From Planctomyces sp. (lineage in GTDB: Bacteria > Planctomycetota > Planctomycetia > Planctomycetales > Planctomycetaceae), in assembly GCA_043775215.1 (NCBI GenBank), contig JAYVSP010000179.1:1-36550 (forward strand): a stretch of DNA of 36,550 nucleotides, written 5' to 3'. Under the pieces are notes generated by a model, which worked only from the letters and a program-made list of their open reading frames with translations, searched no databases and had not been told where the DNA came from. The position numbers were made by a program, and so were the translations under genes. Position 1 is the stretch's first letter. Each line of letters opens with the position of its first letter. This document shows, one piece after another, positions 8,223 through 17,270 of this stretch.

Positions 8223-11200
8223 TTGGCAAACTGCTGGATTGGGCGATTCATAATCGCGTCGTAGTCGTGCTGCTGGCGCTGTCGCTAGTGGTCACCGGCG
8301 GCTTTGCCGTCTCTCGCGTCAATGTTGAAGCGTATCCCGATCCGGCTCCCGCGATCATCGGCGTCGCGGCCATCTATCCCGGCGCATCGGCAGAAGAGGT
8401 CGAACGGCAATTGATCGTTCCGATGGAAGTCGCGCTGGCTGGAATGCCCGGTCTCAAGTACACGCGCAGCAAAGCGATGTTCGGCCTGGCTTACATGCTC
8501 AATCAGTTCAACTATGGTATCGACTTCAAAGATGCTCGGCAGGAAGTCATCAACCGGCTGTCTCAGGCGGCGCTGCCCAAAGGTGTCGTTCCACAGCTCA
8601 CTCCCGCTTCGTGCATCGACGAAATTTATCGCTACACACTGCGGAGTCCGAAAGACGCGCTGGGTCGCGACATCTACACGCTGTACGACCTGAAAGCGCT
8701 GCAAGACTGGACGCTCGACCGCGAACTCAGCCGCATCCCGCGCGTCGCCGGGATCACCGGTTGTGGCGGCATGGTTAAACGATACGAAATTCATCCCGAT
8801 CCCGATCGGCTCAAAGAGTATGGCATCACACTGCAACAACTGGAAAACGCCATCTCGTCGAGCAATGCCAATGTCGGTGGCAATCTGATCGTGCAGGGCG
8901 GCAATGTACAGGTCGTCCGCGGCATCGGACTGATTGGCGGTGGCGAAGATCCGATGGTCTATGCCGCATCGCATTTCACCGATCCAGTCGAGGCAGCCGC
9001 TTATCTTCGCGCCGAAGAGCATCGCCGCATCGCCGAGATTCGACAGATCGTCATCACGGCGACGGACAATGTTCCGATCCGCGTGGAGCATGTGGTTGAA
9101 GGCGGGCCGCTCCGAATGGGGGCCGAACTCGGCAAGCAAGGGGTTGTGGTCGGCCATCACACGCGGCAGGGCAAAATCAGTTTCGCGCATCCGCTACGAG
9201 ACAAGGATGGGCACGAAGTTCTGACGAACGGCCAGCGGACGGTCAGCGACGAAGACGAGAAAGTGCAGGGAATCATCCTGTTGCGAAAGGGAGAACAATC
9301 GCTGCCGACTTTGGAAGCCGCACGCGAAAAGATCCGCGAACTCAATGAGACCCCCGGCACGCTGCTCCCTGGCGTCAAGATCGAGCCGTATTACAACCGC
9401 ACGACCTTGATCGACGTCACAACCGCGACCGTTCGCAAGAATCTGATGGAAGGCATGGTGCTGGTGACGGTCATTCTGCTGATGTTCATCAGCAATGTGC
9501 GGACGGCGCTGATCGTGGCGATCAATGTACCGCTGGCGCTGTTGTTCGCCTTCGGCGTGCTGTATCTCCGCGGACGGTCGGCGAACTTGTTGTCGATCGG
9601 CGCGGTGGACTTTGGCATTATCGTCGATTCGACTGTGATCATGGTGGAGAACATCTACCGCCGACTGAGCGGCACCTCGGACACGATCGATGAGCCGTTG
9701 CCGGAACGGATTCTGCGGGCGGCCCGCGAGGTCGAGCGCAGTCTCTTTTTCTCGACGCTTATAATGGTCTGTGCTCTGTTGCCTCTGTTCACTATGCAGG
9801 GGCCGGAAGGACAAATCTTCGGCCCGATGGCCGACACTTACGCTTTCGCACTCGCCGGGGCGCTGCTGCTGGCGTTGACGATCTCGCCGGTCCTCTGCGT
9901 GCTGTTCTTCAAGAAGTTAAAGCCCGCCCGCGACAACCTGCTCGTGCGATCCCTTAAACGGTTGGTGCTGTGGCAACTGAACTGGGTGTTGGACCACCGG
10001 GTGTGGGTGCTGGGCTGTACGCTGGGGTTTGTCGCCGCGACGCTGGGAACCTTGCCGTTCCTCGGCCGCGAATTCATGCCCGAACTGGAAGAAGGGAATA
10101 TGGTCGTTCGTGGCATCTTCCCGGTGAACATCGCTCTGGATGAAACGGCTCGCAGCGCACGCATCGCCCGCAAGATTCTGATGAGCTTCCCGGAAGTCGA
10201 AGTGGTCGCCTCACAGATCGGCCGGCCGGACGATGGCATGGACCCGTCGGGTGCGTTTGAAATGCAATGCTTCGTTCCGCTCAAACCGCCCGATCAGTGG
10301 CCGATCCCACCCGGAGCCAAACGTCCGCGGCCGAAGTCCGAACTGATCGACGCGATGAATGAAGTGTTGTCGCGGAACATCATCGGCGTAGACTGGGATT
10401 TCTCGCAGATCATCCGCGACGACGTCATGGAATCGCTCTCCGGCGTGAAGGGCGAGAACTCCGTCAAAATTTTTGGACCGGACCTGAATGAGCTGGAGCG
10501 TCTCGCGGCCGACTTTAACCACACGCTGTCGAAAGTCCCCGGCGTCTTCGATCCCGGCGTGTTCCGCATTAAAGGGCAGACGAATCTTGCCTTCCCGATC
10601 GACCGCGCGAAGTGTGCCCTGTGGAACGTGAGCGTGGCCGACGTCGAGGACGTCATCCAGACGGCCGTCGGCGGCATGCCATTCACCGAGATGACCGAGG
10701 GCGAAAAGAAGTTCGACATCTCGCTTCGTTGGCCCAAGAGTCTGCGGGAAAACCCGGACGCGATCCTCAACATTCCCGTGGACGTGGTGAAGAACAATAT
10801 GACCGCTGGAGGCACGGAACAGCCGACTCCGGGCAGCAGTGCATCGGCCAAGCTGTCGGTCATCGGTACAACTCTCAGCATGCCCTCCCTGACCGGCCGG
10901 AGCGGCCAAGCGACGGCGAGCAGCCTCAACCAAGTGCCGCGTCGTCGGCTTCGTGATCTCGTCACGCCGGTCGACGATGAAGGACGCCCCGACCCGAAAC
11001 TTTCATTCGTGCGAACCGGCGCATCGACCATCAACCGCGAACAGGGGCAGCGGCTGATCGCCGTGAAGTTCGGCGTCCGTGTTCGGGACCTCGCCAGCAC
11101 CGTCGCTGAAGCACAGGAGAAAACCGAGTCGCTGCTCAAGCCACCCTATCGCACCACCTGGAGCGGTGAATTCCAACAGATGCAAGAAGCCGAAAAGCGG

Positions 11201-11710
11201 ATGCTGAAAGTCGTCGCAGTCTCGCTGTTGCTGATTCTGGTCATGCTCTATCTAGCGTTTTACTCGCTCCTGGACGCATTCCTGGTCTATGCGAACGTGA
11301 TCGCCATGTCATTGGGCGGTCTCTGGGCACTCATTCTGACCGGCTTGAACTTCAACATCTCGGCAGCCGTCGGATTCATTTCGATCCTGGGCGTGTCGGT
11401 GATGAACGGATTGCTTATGGTGTCATCGTTCAACAATCTGCGTTACCAAAAGGTGCCGCTACGCCAAGCGATCGTGCAAAGCACCGAAAAGCTCGTGCGT
11501 CCGATCACGATGACCGCGCTCGCAGCGATCCTCGGCCTGTTGCCCGCCGCGTTCTCGACTCAGATCGGCTCGCAATCGCAACGCCCGCTGGCGATCGTCG
11601 TGGTCGGCGGAATGTTCTCGACGCTGATCTTCTTCAACCTCGTGCCGTTTCTCTACAGCTTCTACGGCCACCGCGAACCGCTCGTCGGCATCGGGCATGC
11701 TCATGAGTGA
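8219..11710 (+). CDS. RND efflux permease, CusA/CzcA heavy-metal-efflux-like
   Basis: 1163 aa. N-terminus MIGKLLDWAIHNRVVVVLLALSLVV..VNVEAYPDPAPAII is typical of HME-RND. Two 6-TM bundles and large periplasmic loops. Translationally coupled to the adaptor. Confidence 0.9.
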   Translation: MIGKLLDWAIHNRVVVVLLALSLVVTGGFAVSRVNVEAYPDPAPAIIGVAAIYPGASAEEVERQLIVPMEVALAGMPGLKYTRSKAMFGLAYMLNQFNYGIDFKDARQEVINRLSQAALPKGVVPQLTPASCIDEIYRYTLRSPKDALGRDIYTLYDLKALQDWTLDRELSRIPRVAGITGCGGMVKRYEIHPDPDRLKEYGITLQQLENAISSSNANVGGNLIVQGGNVQVVRGIGLIGGGEDPMVYAASHFTDPVEAAAYLRAEEHRRIAEIRQIVITATDNVPIRVEHVVEGGPLRMGAELGKQGVVVGHHTRQGKISFAHPLRDKDGHEVLTNGQRTVSDEDEKVQGIILLRKGEQSLPTLEAAREKIRELNETPGTLLPGVKIEPYYNRTTLIDVTTATVRKNLMEGMVLVTVILLMFISNVRTALIVAINVPLALLFAFGVLYLRGRSANLLSIGAVDFGIIVDSTVIMVENIYRRLSGTSDTIDEPLPERILRAAREVERSLFFSTLIMVCALLPLFTMQGPEGQIFGPMADTYAFALAGALLLALTISPVLCVLFFKKLKPARDNLLVRSLKRLVLWQLNWVLDHRVWVLGCTLGFVAATLGTLPFLGREFMPELEEGNMVVRGIFPVNIALDETARSARIARKILMSFPEVEVVASQIGRPDDGMDPSGAFEMQCFVPLKPPDQWPIPPGAKRPRPKSELIDAMNEVLSRNIIGVDWDFSQIIRDDVMESLSGVKGENSVKIFGPDLNELERLAADFNHTLSKVPGVFDPGVFRIKGQTNLAFPIDRAKCALWNVSVADVEDVIQTAVGGMPFTEMTEGEKKFDISLRWPKSLRENPDAILNIPVDVVKNNMTAGGTEQPTPGSSASAKLSVIGTTLSMPSLTGRSGQATASSLNQVPRRRLRDLVTPVDDEGRPDPKLSFVRTGASTINREQGQRLIAVKFGVRVRDLASTVAEAQEKTESLLKPPYRTTWSGEFQQMQEAEKRMLKVVAVSLLLILVMLYLAFYSLLDAFLVYANVIAMSLGGLWALILTGLNFNISAAVGFISILGVSVMNGLLMVSSFNNLRYQKVPLRQAIVQSTEKLVRPITMTALAAILGLLPAAFSTQIGSQSQRPLAIVVVGGMFSTLIFFNLVPFLYSFYGHREPLVGIGHAHE

Positions 11711-11841
11711 TGGCCAGTCGGTCGTCTCGTCGCAAATACTGCCGCTGGATGCTTTCGACCTGTCAGGAATTTCGCACCATCGCGGGAATTCACTGACTTT
11801 TCGAGTCATCAAAAACGGTCTTGTTGCCGATTCTCTTCGGC

Positions 11842-12732
11842 ATGATCTTTCAAGTTTTTCATTTTCCGTGGGTCCGACTGGCCGCGCTGTCGCTTGCGAT
11901 CCTATGTCCGAATCGAACGGCTTTTGCTCAAAACGATGAGTCGCCGAAAACGCTTTTCCGTTGGTCAAGTGCTTCCATGGAGCAGCCGGAGGAAGGTGAG
12001 CACGAGGACAAGATCGTCACCGACCGTCCGCACTTCAGCGAAGCCAGTAATCTCGTGGGACTTGGCCGAGTGCAACTCGAAACGGGATACTCTTATTTTC
12101 GAGACAATGACCATGGCACGCTCGTCCAAACGCATTCGTTCGGGGAACCACTCTTGCGAGCCGGTGTGTTCGCCGAATGGTTCGAGTTCCGCCTAGGCTA
12201 TACCTATTTGGTCGAGCAGTCGCGAGTTCCCGGTGGTCCGTCGACTCGATTCAGCGGCAGCGACGATGTGTACGTCGGAGCGAAACTTGCCCTCACCGAA
12301 CAATCCGGGTGGCTTCCCGAGATGGCGATTTTTCCGCAAGCCCGCGTGCCGACCGGCAGCAGTGCGTTTACCAATAGCCAAGTCCTGCCAGGCTTCAACT
12401 TCGCCTACAGTTGGAAACTCAACGACTGGCTGGAATTGGAATGCAACACACAACTCAACCGGCGACGTGATGACGCCGCCCATTTCTATACAGAGTTCAT
12501 TCAAACCGTGAATTTCGAATACGAACTGACCGACCGCATCGGAGCGTTTACGGAGTGGTTTTGCTTCGTTCCCAGTGGTGCGCTGACGGCCGAAACTCAG
12601 CACTATTTTCACGGCGGTTTCGTTTATTTCGTCAACAACAATATCCAGTTGGATATTCACTCCGCCGTGGGCCTGAACCGCGCGGCCGACGATTTGGCGT
12701 TCAGCGGAGTCGGATTCTCGATCCGCTATTGA
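11842..12732 (+). CDS. outer-membrane beta-barrel 'transporter' family protein (MetA-pathway/phenol-degradation-like OMP)
   Basis: Signal peptide ..LAALSLAILCPNRTAFAQ. DRPHFSEASNLVGLGRVQLETGYSY motif. Alternating beta-strand pattern. C-terminal aromatic residue (..GFSIRY). TTG 11821 is an alternative start. Confidence 0.7.
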   Translation: MIFQVFHFPWVRLAALSLAILCPNRTAFAQNDESPKTLFRWSSASMEQPEEGEHEDKIVTDRPHFSEASNLVGLGRVQLETGYSYFRDNDHGTLVQTHSFGEPLLRAGVFAEWFEFRLGYTYLVEQSRVPGGPSTRFSGSDDVYVGAKLALTEQSGWLPEMAIFPQARVPTGSSAFTNSQVLPGFNFAYSWKLNDWLELECNTQLNRRRDDAAHFYTEFIQTVNFEYELTDRIGAFTEWFCFVPSGALTAETQHYFHGGFVYFVNNNIQLDIHSAVGLNRAADDLAFSGVGFSIRY

Positions 12733-12887
12733 TTGTCGCGCAGGCTAGCCGCTGGTCTCTCGATCTGCCCGATCGCACGAACGAAGTTCGCTGACAAACC
12801 TTCGCCAAAGGTTGCGAAGGAAGTGCGCCGGCACCACAATGTCGAGCCGCTTTTCACTCCGCCCGGCTTCTTTTATGGCCAGCCCAC

Positions 12888-13736
12888 TTGAGGTTTCTTG
12901 TGACGTTTTTCCGCGGTCCTCAGCTCCGGCCCGCCGTTGGGCCACTCGCGAAGATTCCCATTTACGCCAATCTCGTGGACCGCGAAGCGCTGCGAGCCGC
13001 CTGCCGGTTCAATGCCGAGGTCATGGATTTCATTCGCCCGCATGTCAAACCTGGTGTCACAACCAGTGAGATTGACCGACTGGCATACGAATACACGCTC
13101 GAACACGGACATACCCCCGCCTGCCTGGGCTACAACGGATATCCGAATACAGTTTGCACCAGCGTCAATGAAGTCGTCTGCCACGGCGTTCCCGGCGAGT
13201 ACGTGCTGCAAGAGGGAGATATTGTCAACGTGGACCTGACGACCATCGTCCGCGGCTGGCACGGCGACCAATCCGAGACATTCCTGATCGGCAACGTTTC
13301 TCCCGAGGCGCGCCGCATCGTGCAGGCGGCGTTCGACGCCTTGTGGATCGGCATTCGAGCGATCAAGCCGTTTGGCCGGGTGATCGACATTGGGCGCGCG
13401 ATCTATCGGTTCTCCAAAGATCAAAACTACGAAATCGTCCGCGAGTTCCAAGGACACGGCGTCGGCCGATCCTTCCACCAGGAGCCAGGGATTCCGCACT
13501 TCCCCGATTTACAATCGGGCAAAGCAGTGATTCGGCCGGGAACCTGCTTCACCATTGAGCCGATGCTGAACGTGGGAACGTGGAAAACCGACGTCGATAC
13601 GACCGATGGCTGGACGGTCCGGACTCAGGACCGCCGCCTGTCGGCGCAGTTCGAGCACACAATTCTGATGACCGAGAAAGGTCCAGAAATCATGACTCTG
13701 ACGAAGAATGGACCCCAGGAAGGGCATAAGTTCTGA
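12888..13736 (+). CDS. map: type I methionine aminopeptidase
   Basis: GYNGYPNTVCTSVNEVVCHGVP, DIVNVDLT, WHGDQSETFLIG, FQGHGVGRSFHQEP, FTIEPML, AQFEHTILMT (metal ligands D, D, H, E, E). Start uncertain (TTG 12888 or GTG 12899). Confidence 0.9.
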   Translation: MRFLVTFFRGPQLRPAVGPLAKIPIYANLVDREALRAACRFNAEVMDFIRPHVKPGVTTSEIDRLAYEYTLEHGHTPACLGYNGYPNTVCTSVNEVVCHGVPGEYVLQEGDIVNVDLTTIVRGWHGDQSETFLIGNVSPEARRIVQAAFDALWIGIRAIKPFGRVIDIGRAIYRFSKDQNYEIVREFQGHGVGRSFHQEPGIPHFPDLQSGKAVIRPGTCFTIEPMLNVGTWKTDVDTTDGWTVRTQDRRLSAQFEHTILMTEKGPEIMTLTKNGPQEGHKF

Positions 13737-13809
13737 AATCCCAATGTCCAAATCCCAATGTCCAAAGAAACCCCAAAGGGTCGCGCATTTAGGATTTGGA
13801 CATTGGGGT
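13736..13809. repeat. 14-nt tandem duplication (aaatcccaatgtcc x2) plus an inverted copy that forms alternative hairpins
   Basis: 13736-13749 and 13750-13763 are identical. 13792-13809 (ggatttggacattggggt) is the near-perfect reverse complement. Located in the map-rpsU intergenic region. Confidence 0.7.
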
Positions 13810-13957
13810 TTCAAGCCAGCCTGCCGTTGCGTCGATGCGGCGGATTGTTATCTTACTCACTCTCGGTTCGGTGGGCGTTATGCATTGGTGTCGCGGCTGT
13901 GGGCTGCGGCCGAGTTCCAACTCAAACAAGGCGAGGTTGTCATGAAGGAGGCCGTTC

Positions 13958-14188
13958 GTGGTTAAGTTGCGTTTGCGAGACAACGAGAAAATTCAAGATG
14001 CGGTGAAGCGGTTTCGGAAGTTGGTGGAACACGCGGGAATCAAGAAGGAAATGCGCCGCCGCGAGTACTATGAAAAGCCCAGCGAGATTTCACGCCGAAA
14101 TCGTCGCCGAGCCGAACGCCGAGCCCGATTGTCTCGTTTGAGCGCCAATGGCAGCACTACTTCTGGTGTTGGCCCCACCAGCCTCTAA
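13958..14188 (+). CDS. rpsU: 30S ribosomal protein S21
   Basis: GTG start. [49 protein letters not shown] is the canonical S21 sequence. Confidence 0.9.
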   Translation: MVKLRLRDNEKIQDAVKRFRKLVEHAGIKKEMRRREYYEKPSEISRRNRRRAERRARLSRLSANGSTTSGVGPTSL

Positions 14189-14220
14189 TGGCATCCTGAC
14201 TGTCCGTAGCCGAACCAATG

Positions 14221-14260
14221 AAAAAAGCACCCGTCAATGACGGGTGCTTTTTTATTTTTT
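14221..14260. terminator. bidirectional rho-independent terminator
   Basis: aaaaaa-gcacccgtc-aat-gacgggtgc-ttttttatttttt. 9-bp GC-rich stem flanked by an A-run and a T-run. Confidence 0.8.
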
Positions 14261-14314
14261 GGCCAGAAAGACTACATACCAATGCGGTGATTCTCACCGC
14301 ACTCCTTACTGACC

Positions 14315-14387
14315 GGCGAGCGGAGGACGTGAGCCCTCCGAGTTTTTCATCCAAGTTTGCTCGGGGGACTCACGTCCCCCGCTCGCC
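14315..14387. repeat. long imperfect inverted repeat (28-nt arms, 17-nt loop) abutting the stop of the acidic protein gene
   Basis: ggcgagcggaggacgtgagccctccgag ... ctcgggggactcacgtcccccgctcgcc. 25 of 28 positions are complementary. Confidence 0.7.
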
Positions 14388-14391
14388 AAGA

Positions 14392-14868
14392 CTATTCTTC
14401 GTCCTCTTCTTCTTCCTCTTCTTCTTCCTCTTCTTCCTCTTCCTCTTCCAATTCAATTTCTTCCTCTTCGACCGCGACTTCGGGGGCTAAGGCTTCTTCG
14501 ACAGCTTCTGAGGTCGCTGCACCAGCGGGTGCGGCGCCGATCACTTCTTTGATCGCTTGCAGCCAATACAGCCGTTTGCTCTTAGACCGGAGCACTTCGA
14601 TCCGCTCTTCCGCTTCTTTTTTCTGTTCGTAGGGGAAACGGTCTTCTTCCTTTTGGGTGCTGTTGTAGATCACCCAGACAATGCGACGTCGCTCGATCGG
14701 CTTCGATCGGGACTTTTTCTTGACGACTTTCTTTTTCGCGGCACCGGCGGCAGCTCGTTTCCGCTTTTTCGTTTCGATCTTTTCGCCATCTTCGTCGGTG
14801 GCATCAGAATCGGCGTCGCGAGCCTCCGCCGCTTCGGCCATCTTGCGCATTTCCAAACGGCTTTGCAT
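14392..14868 (-). CDS. hypothetical Lys/Glu-rich protein with poly-Glu C-terminal tail
   Basis: 158-aa ORF. Basic KKRKRAAAGAAKKKVVKKKSRSK segment. Conserved-looking core IVWVIYNSTQKEEDRFPYEQKKEAEERIEVL. About 30 terminal residues are almost all Glu/Asp. Confidence 0.6.
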   Translation of the reverse strand: MQSRLEMRKMAEAAEARDADSDATDEDGEKIETKKRKRAAAGAAKKKVVKKKSRSKPIERRRIVWVIYNSTQKEEDRFPYEQKKEAEERIEVLRSKSKRLYWLQAIKEVIGAAPAGAATSEAVEEALAPEVAVEEEEIELEEEEEEEEEEEEEEEDEE

Positions 14869-15272
14869 GTTCTCCGGCTTCCCATCTCAATGCGTCATTT
14901 GCCAGATGCCCGTCTGCCAGAACCATTTCCGGCAATCGGCGGCTGACGAAAGCGGTACAGCATAGCAAGTTGAGCCGCTCAGAGCCAACGCGGACGCCGG
15001 GTATCGAACAGCATTTTCCGCGAGATCATCGATTACCTGAGCCTTTTTAGCTCGGTGGATTCGACGATTCTTGGCGACCATTCCGGCCACAGACGCTTGG
15101 TGACACAAATCCGGACGCGACTCGAAACCTGCTCATTTTTGTCGATCTAATCAGAAAAGTTTGTGCAACCGCACTCTTTGAGCCGATTCATGGAATAGCA
15201 ATCGGACTGCGCGAGTCGTGTTCAAGAAAAGCGGCTCGGCCGAATCAGCCGTTGAATGAAGGAGAGTGGTTC

Positions 15273-16340
15273 ATGCGACATCTAGGCAAATGGCTGATGG
15301 CTTTGGGGCTGCTGGCTGCGGTCCCCACCACGACTAACGCGGGGTTGTGGGGAGACTCACCCCAAGAGGTCAAGCAAAAAAACCAAAAGGTCGCGAACGA
15401 TGTTTCCATCGCTTTGCGAGATGCCAAGCTCCAGGGCTACGACATCGGCATTGAGGTCACCGAAGGGACCGCCAAGCTAACCGGCGAAGTGACCGATGCC
15501 ACTCAAAAAGAAAAAGCATCGAAGATTGCCGGGAAGGTTCGCGGCGTCAAAAAGATTGATAATCGGCTGATCGTCACGCCGTCAAAAGTTCGTACGGTCA
15601 AGAAGCAAGCGGCGGCCCAGGAGATTCAACTGGCCTCGGCGAGCGACAATGGACCGCTCAACAACCAGCAGATGGCGGAACGGATCGCAAACTCCTTGGG
15701 GAATGCCGGTCTGAGTGCCTTTGATTTGGAAGTCCGATTCCAAGACGGAGAAGCCTCAATCGGCGGAGCGGTTGCAAATCCCGAACAGCGTGCCAGGATC
15801 ACGCAAGTGGTCGCCAATACTACTGGTGTCGAGTCGGTCGACAATCAAGTGTTGGTCTCAAAAAACGCGGCCGTTCGCCGGCCGGCCGGGCCAAATCCGT
15901 ATGCTGGTGGCCCGATGCCGGGACCAATGCCGGGACCGGGACCGATCCAGCAGGCGGGCTTCCATCAAGACGGTGGCTTCCGAGCCCCCATTCAGCAAGT
16001 CGCCTATCAGCAGGAAGGTGGCCCGATGTCCGGAGGTTCGGGAATGCCGGGGCCTCCCGTCCCAATGGGTCGCGGCGGGGCACAACAAGTCAACGACATG
16101 CCGAATCTGCCGAATCACGCGTGGCCATCCTATGCTCAGTATCCAAACTCCGCGGCGGTGACGTACCCCAAGGAATACAGTGCGAGTGCGTGGCCTTACA
16201 TCGGTCCATTCTACCCGTATCCGCAGGTTCCGCTGGGATGGCGAGCGGCTCAGCTTGAATGGGATGACGGCCACTGGAGCCTCAACTTCCGGTCGCGCAC
16301 CGATAAGTGGTGGTGGTTCCTGTCTCCGAAGAACTGGTAA
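15273..16340 (+). CDS. secreted protein with two BON domains, a Pro/Gly-rich linker and an aromatic-rich C-terminal domain
   Basis: SD gaaggagag 7 nt upstream of ATG 15273. Signal peptide MRHLGKWLMALGLLAAVPTTTNAG. BON-like KLTGEVTDATQKEKASKIAGKVRGVKKIDNRLIV and SIGGAVANPEQRARITQVVANTTGVESVDNQVLV. Confidence 0.8.
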   Translation: MRHLGKWLMALGLLAAVPTTTNAGLWGDSPQEVKQKNQKVANDVSIALRDAKLQGYDIGIEVTEGTAKLTGEVTDATQKEKASKIAGKVRGVKKIDNRLIVTPSKVRTVKKQAAAQEIQLASASDNGPLNNQQMAERIANSLGNAGLSAFDLEVRFQDGEASIGGAVANPEQRARITQVVANTTGVESVDNQVLVSKNAAVRRPAGPNPYAGGPMPGPMPGPGPIQQAGFHQDGGFRAPIQQVAYQQEGGPMSGGSGMPGPPVPMGRGGAQQVNDMPNLPNHAWPSYAQYPNSAAVTYPKEYSASAWPYIGPFYPYPQVPLGWRAAQLEWDDGHWSLNFRSRTDKWWWFLSPKNW

Positions 16341-16375
16341 CGCGGCGGAGCCGCAACCGATCAGGAGTCAGGTAG

Positions 16376-16449
16376 TTCAAAGTTCAATTTTCGCGGGCAA
16401 AGTCTCTGGCGAAACACAGGACGCAATCCGGCGAAAATTGAACTTTGAA
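16376..16449. repeat. perfect 19-bp inverted repeat with a 36-nt loop, preceded by GTAG
   Basis: ttcaaagttcaattttcgc (16376-16394) and gcgaaaattgaactttgaa (16431-16449). ggtag lies immediately 5'. Confidence 0.75.
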
Positions 16450-16504
16450 ACATCTGACCTCGGCACCCGAACCTCTGCATTCCTCCGGGAAAGGTGTGAT
16501 TCCC

Positions 16505-17077
16505 ATGAAATTGATTCGACGGCTTTCCTTGATGGTATTGCTCGGTCTGTTGATGACCACGAGCAGTGGCTGCTTACTGCTCCGCGGGTTTATCGTGGTG
16601 GCCGGGAACTACTCGAAGTTCTGGATTACGACGCCCCCGATCCCGGTCAGCCCGTACTACAGTCAGATGATCGAGGACACTTACCACGAGGAAGAGCGGT
16701 ACAAGAAAGTGCCAATCCTCGATCCGGTCGAAGGGGAGAACGCTCCTTTGTTCTGCCTCGATCCACCGTCACCCGATGAGGTCGTGCGGTCTCTGCCGGA
16801 TCAATCCGCAGGCGGCTTCGCATTCTTAGCCGAGACGGCGCGCAACAACCTTCGGATCGTGGTCGAGCCACTGGTCGATCGTGTTGACGAATGCCGCTTC
16901 TACCCGCTGGCCGGTCCAGCCCGCCTGCACCATTGCCACTATAAGTGTACGGTTTACTACGACAAAACGATCCGGTCGAATTGGCCCGTCCCGTTCACTC
17001 ACACCGACCAGACTGAAGACGTGGTCTACATCGACCACGATCATCTGATCCGCTGCTCCGGACCGGACGCACCGTAG
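16505..17077 (+). CDS. hypothetical lipoprotein
   Basis: MKLIRRLSLMVLLGLLMTTSSGC has a lipobox (TSSG|C). Start taken at ATG 16505 inside ORF 16445..17077. Confidence 0.6.
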   Translation: MKLIRRLSLMVLLGLLMTTSSGCLLLRGFIVVAGNYSKFWITTPPIPVSPYYSQMIEDTYHEEERYKKVPILDPVEGENAPLFCLDPPSPDEVVRSLPDQSAGGFAFLAETARNNLRIVVEPLVDRVDECRFYPLAGPARLHHCHYKCTVYYDKTIRSNWPVPFTHTDQTEDVVYIDHDHLIRCSGPDAP

Positions 17078-17110
17078 GTCACTGACTGAATTGCGGCCAA
17101 AGGGACGTCA

Positions 17111-17212
17111 AGGGCCGGCGCAGAAATAACTGTCAGATGTCGCTGAACTCACCATAGTTCAGATCCGAAGTCTGGCGACTTCGGCTACGACAGTTATTGA
17201 TGCGCCGGCCCT
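17111..17212. repeat. nested palindromic element (24-nt outer inverted repeat enclosing two hairpins, one GTAG-headed)
   Basis: Outer arms agggccggcgcagaaataactgtc / gacagttattgatgcgccggccct. Inner hairpin ctgaact-caccat-agttcag. Inner REP ccgaagtc-tggc-gacttcgg-ctac. Confidence 0.75.
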
Positions 17213-17270
17213 AAAGGACCGAAGGGGAAAACCCTTCATCATTTAAGACCCGTACGTCCTTTCCGCCGCC

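Noticed and set aside
6822-9190. Long antisense ORFs 6822..8015 and 8285..9190 (minus strand) opposite the RND adaptor and permease
   Set aside because: They are Arg/Asp/Leu-rich shadow frames with no domain signatures, while the sense frames carry clear RND features. The same reasoning excludes 5850..6584(+), 23114..23983(+), 24617..25447(+), 26161..26745(+), 27901..28803(-), 10211..11139(-) and 12873..13499(-).
14357-14632. Plus-strand ORF encoding a poly-Ser protein (91 aa)
   Set aside because: It is the mirror image of the poly-Glu tract of the minus-strand gene. The minus-strand frame has the more protein-like non-repetitive core.
14887-15108. 73-aa minus-strand ORF just upstream of the acidic-protein gene
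   Set aside because: There are no motifs and the composition is unremarkable. It lies in a 400-nt promoter-type intergenic region and cannot be supported from sequence alone.
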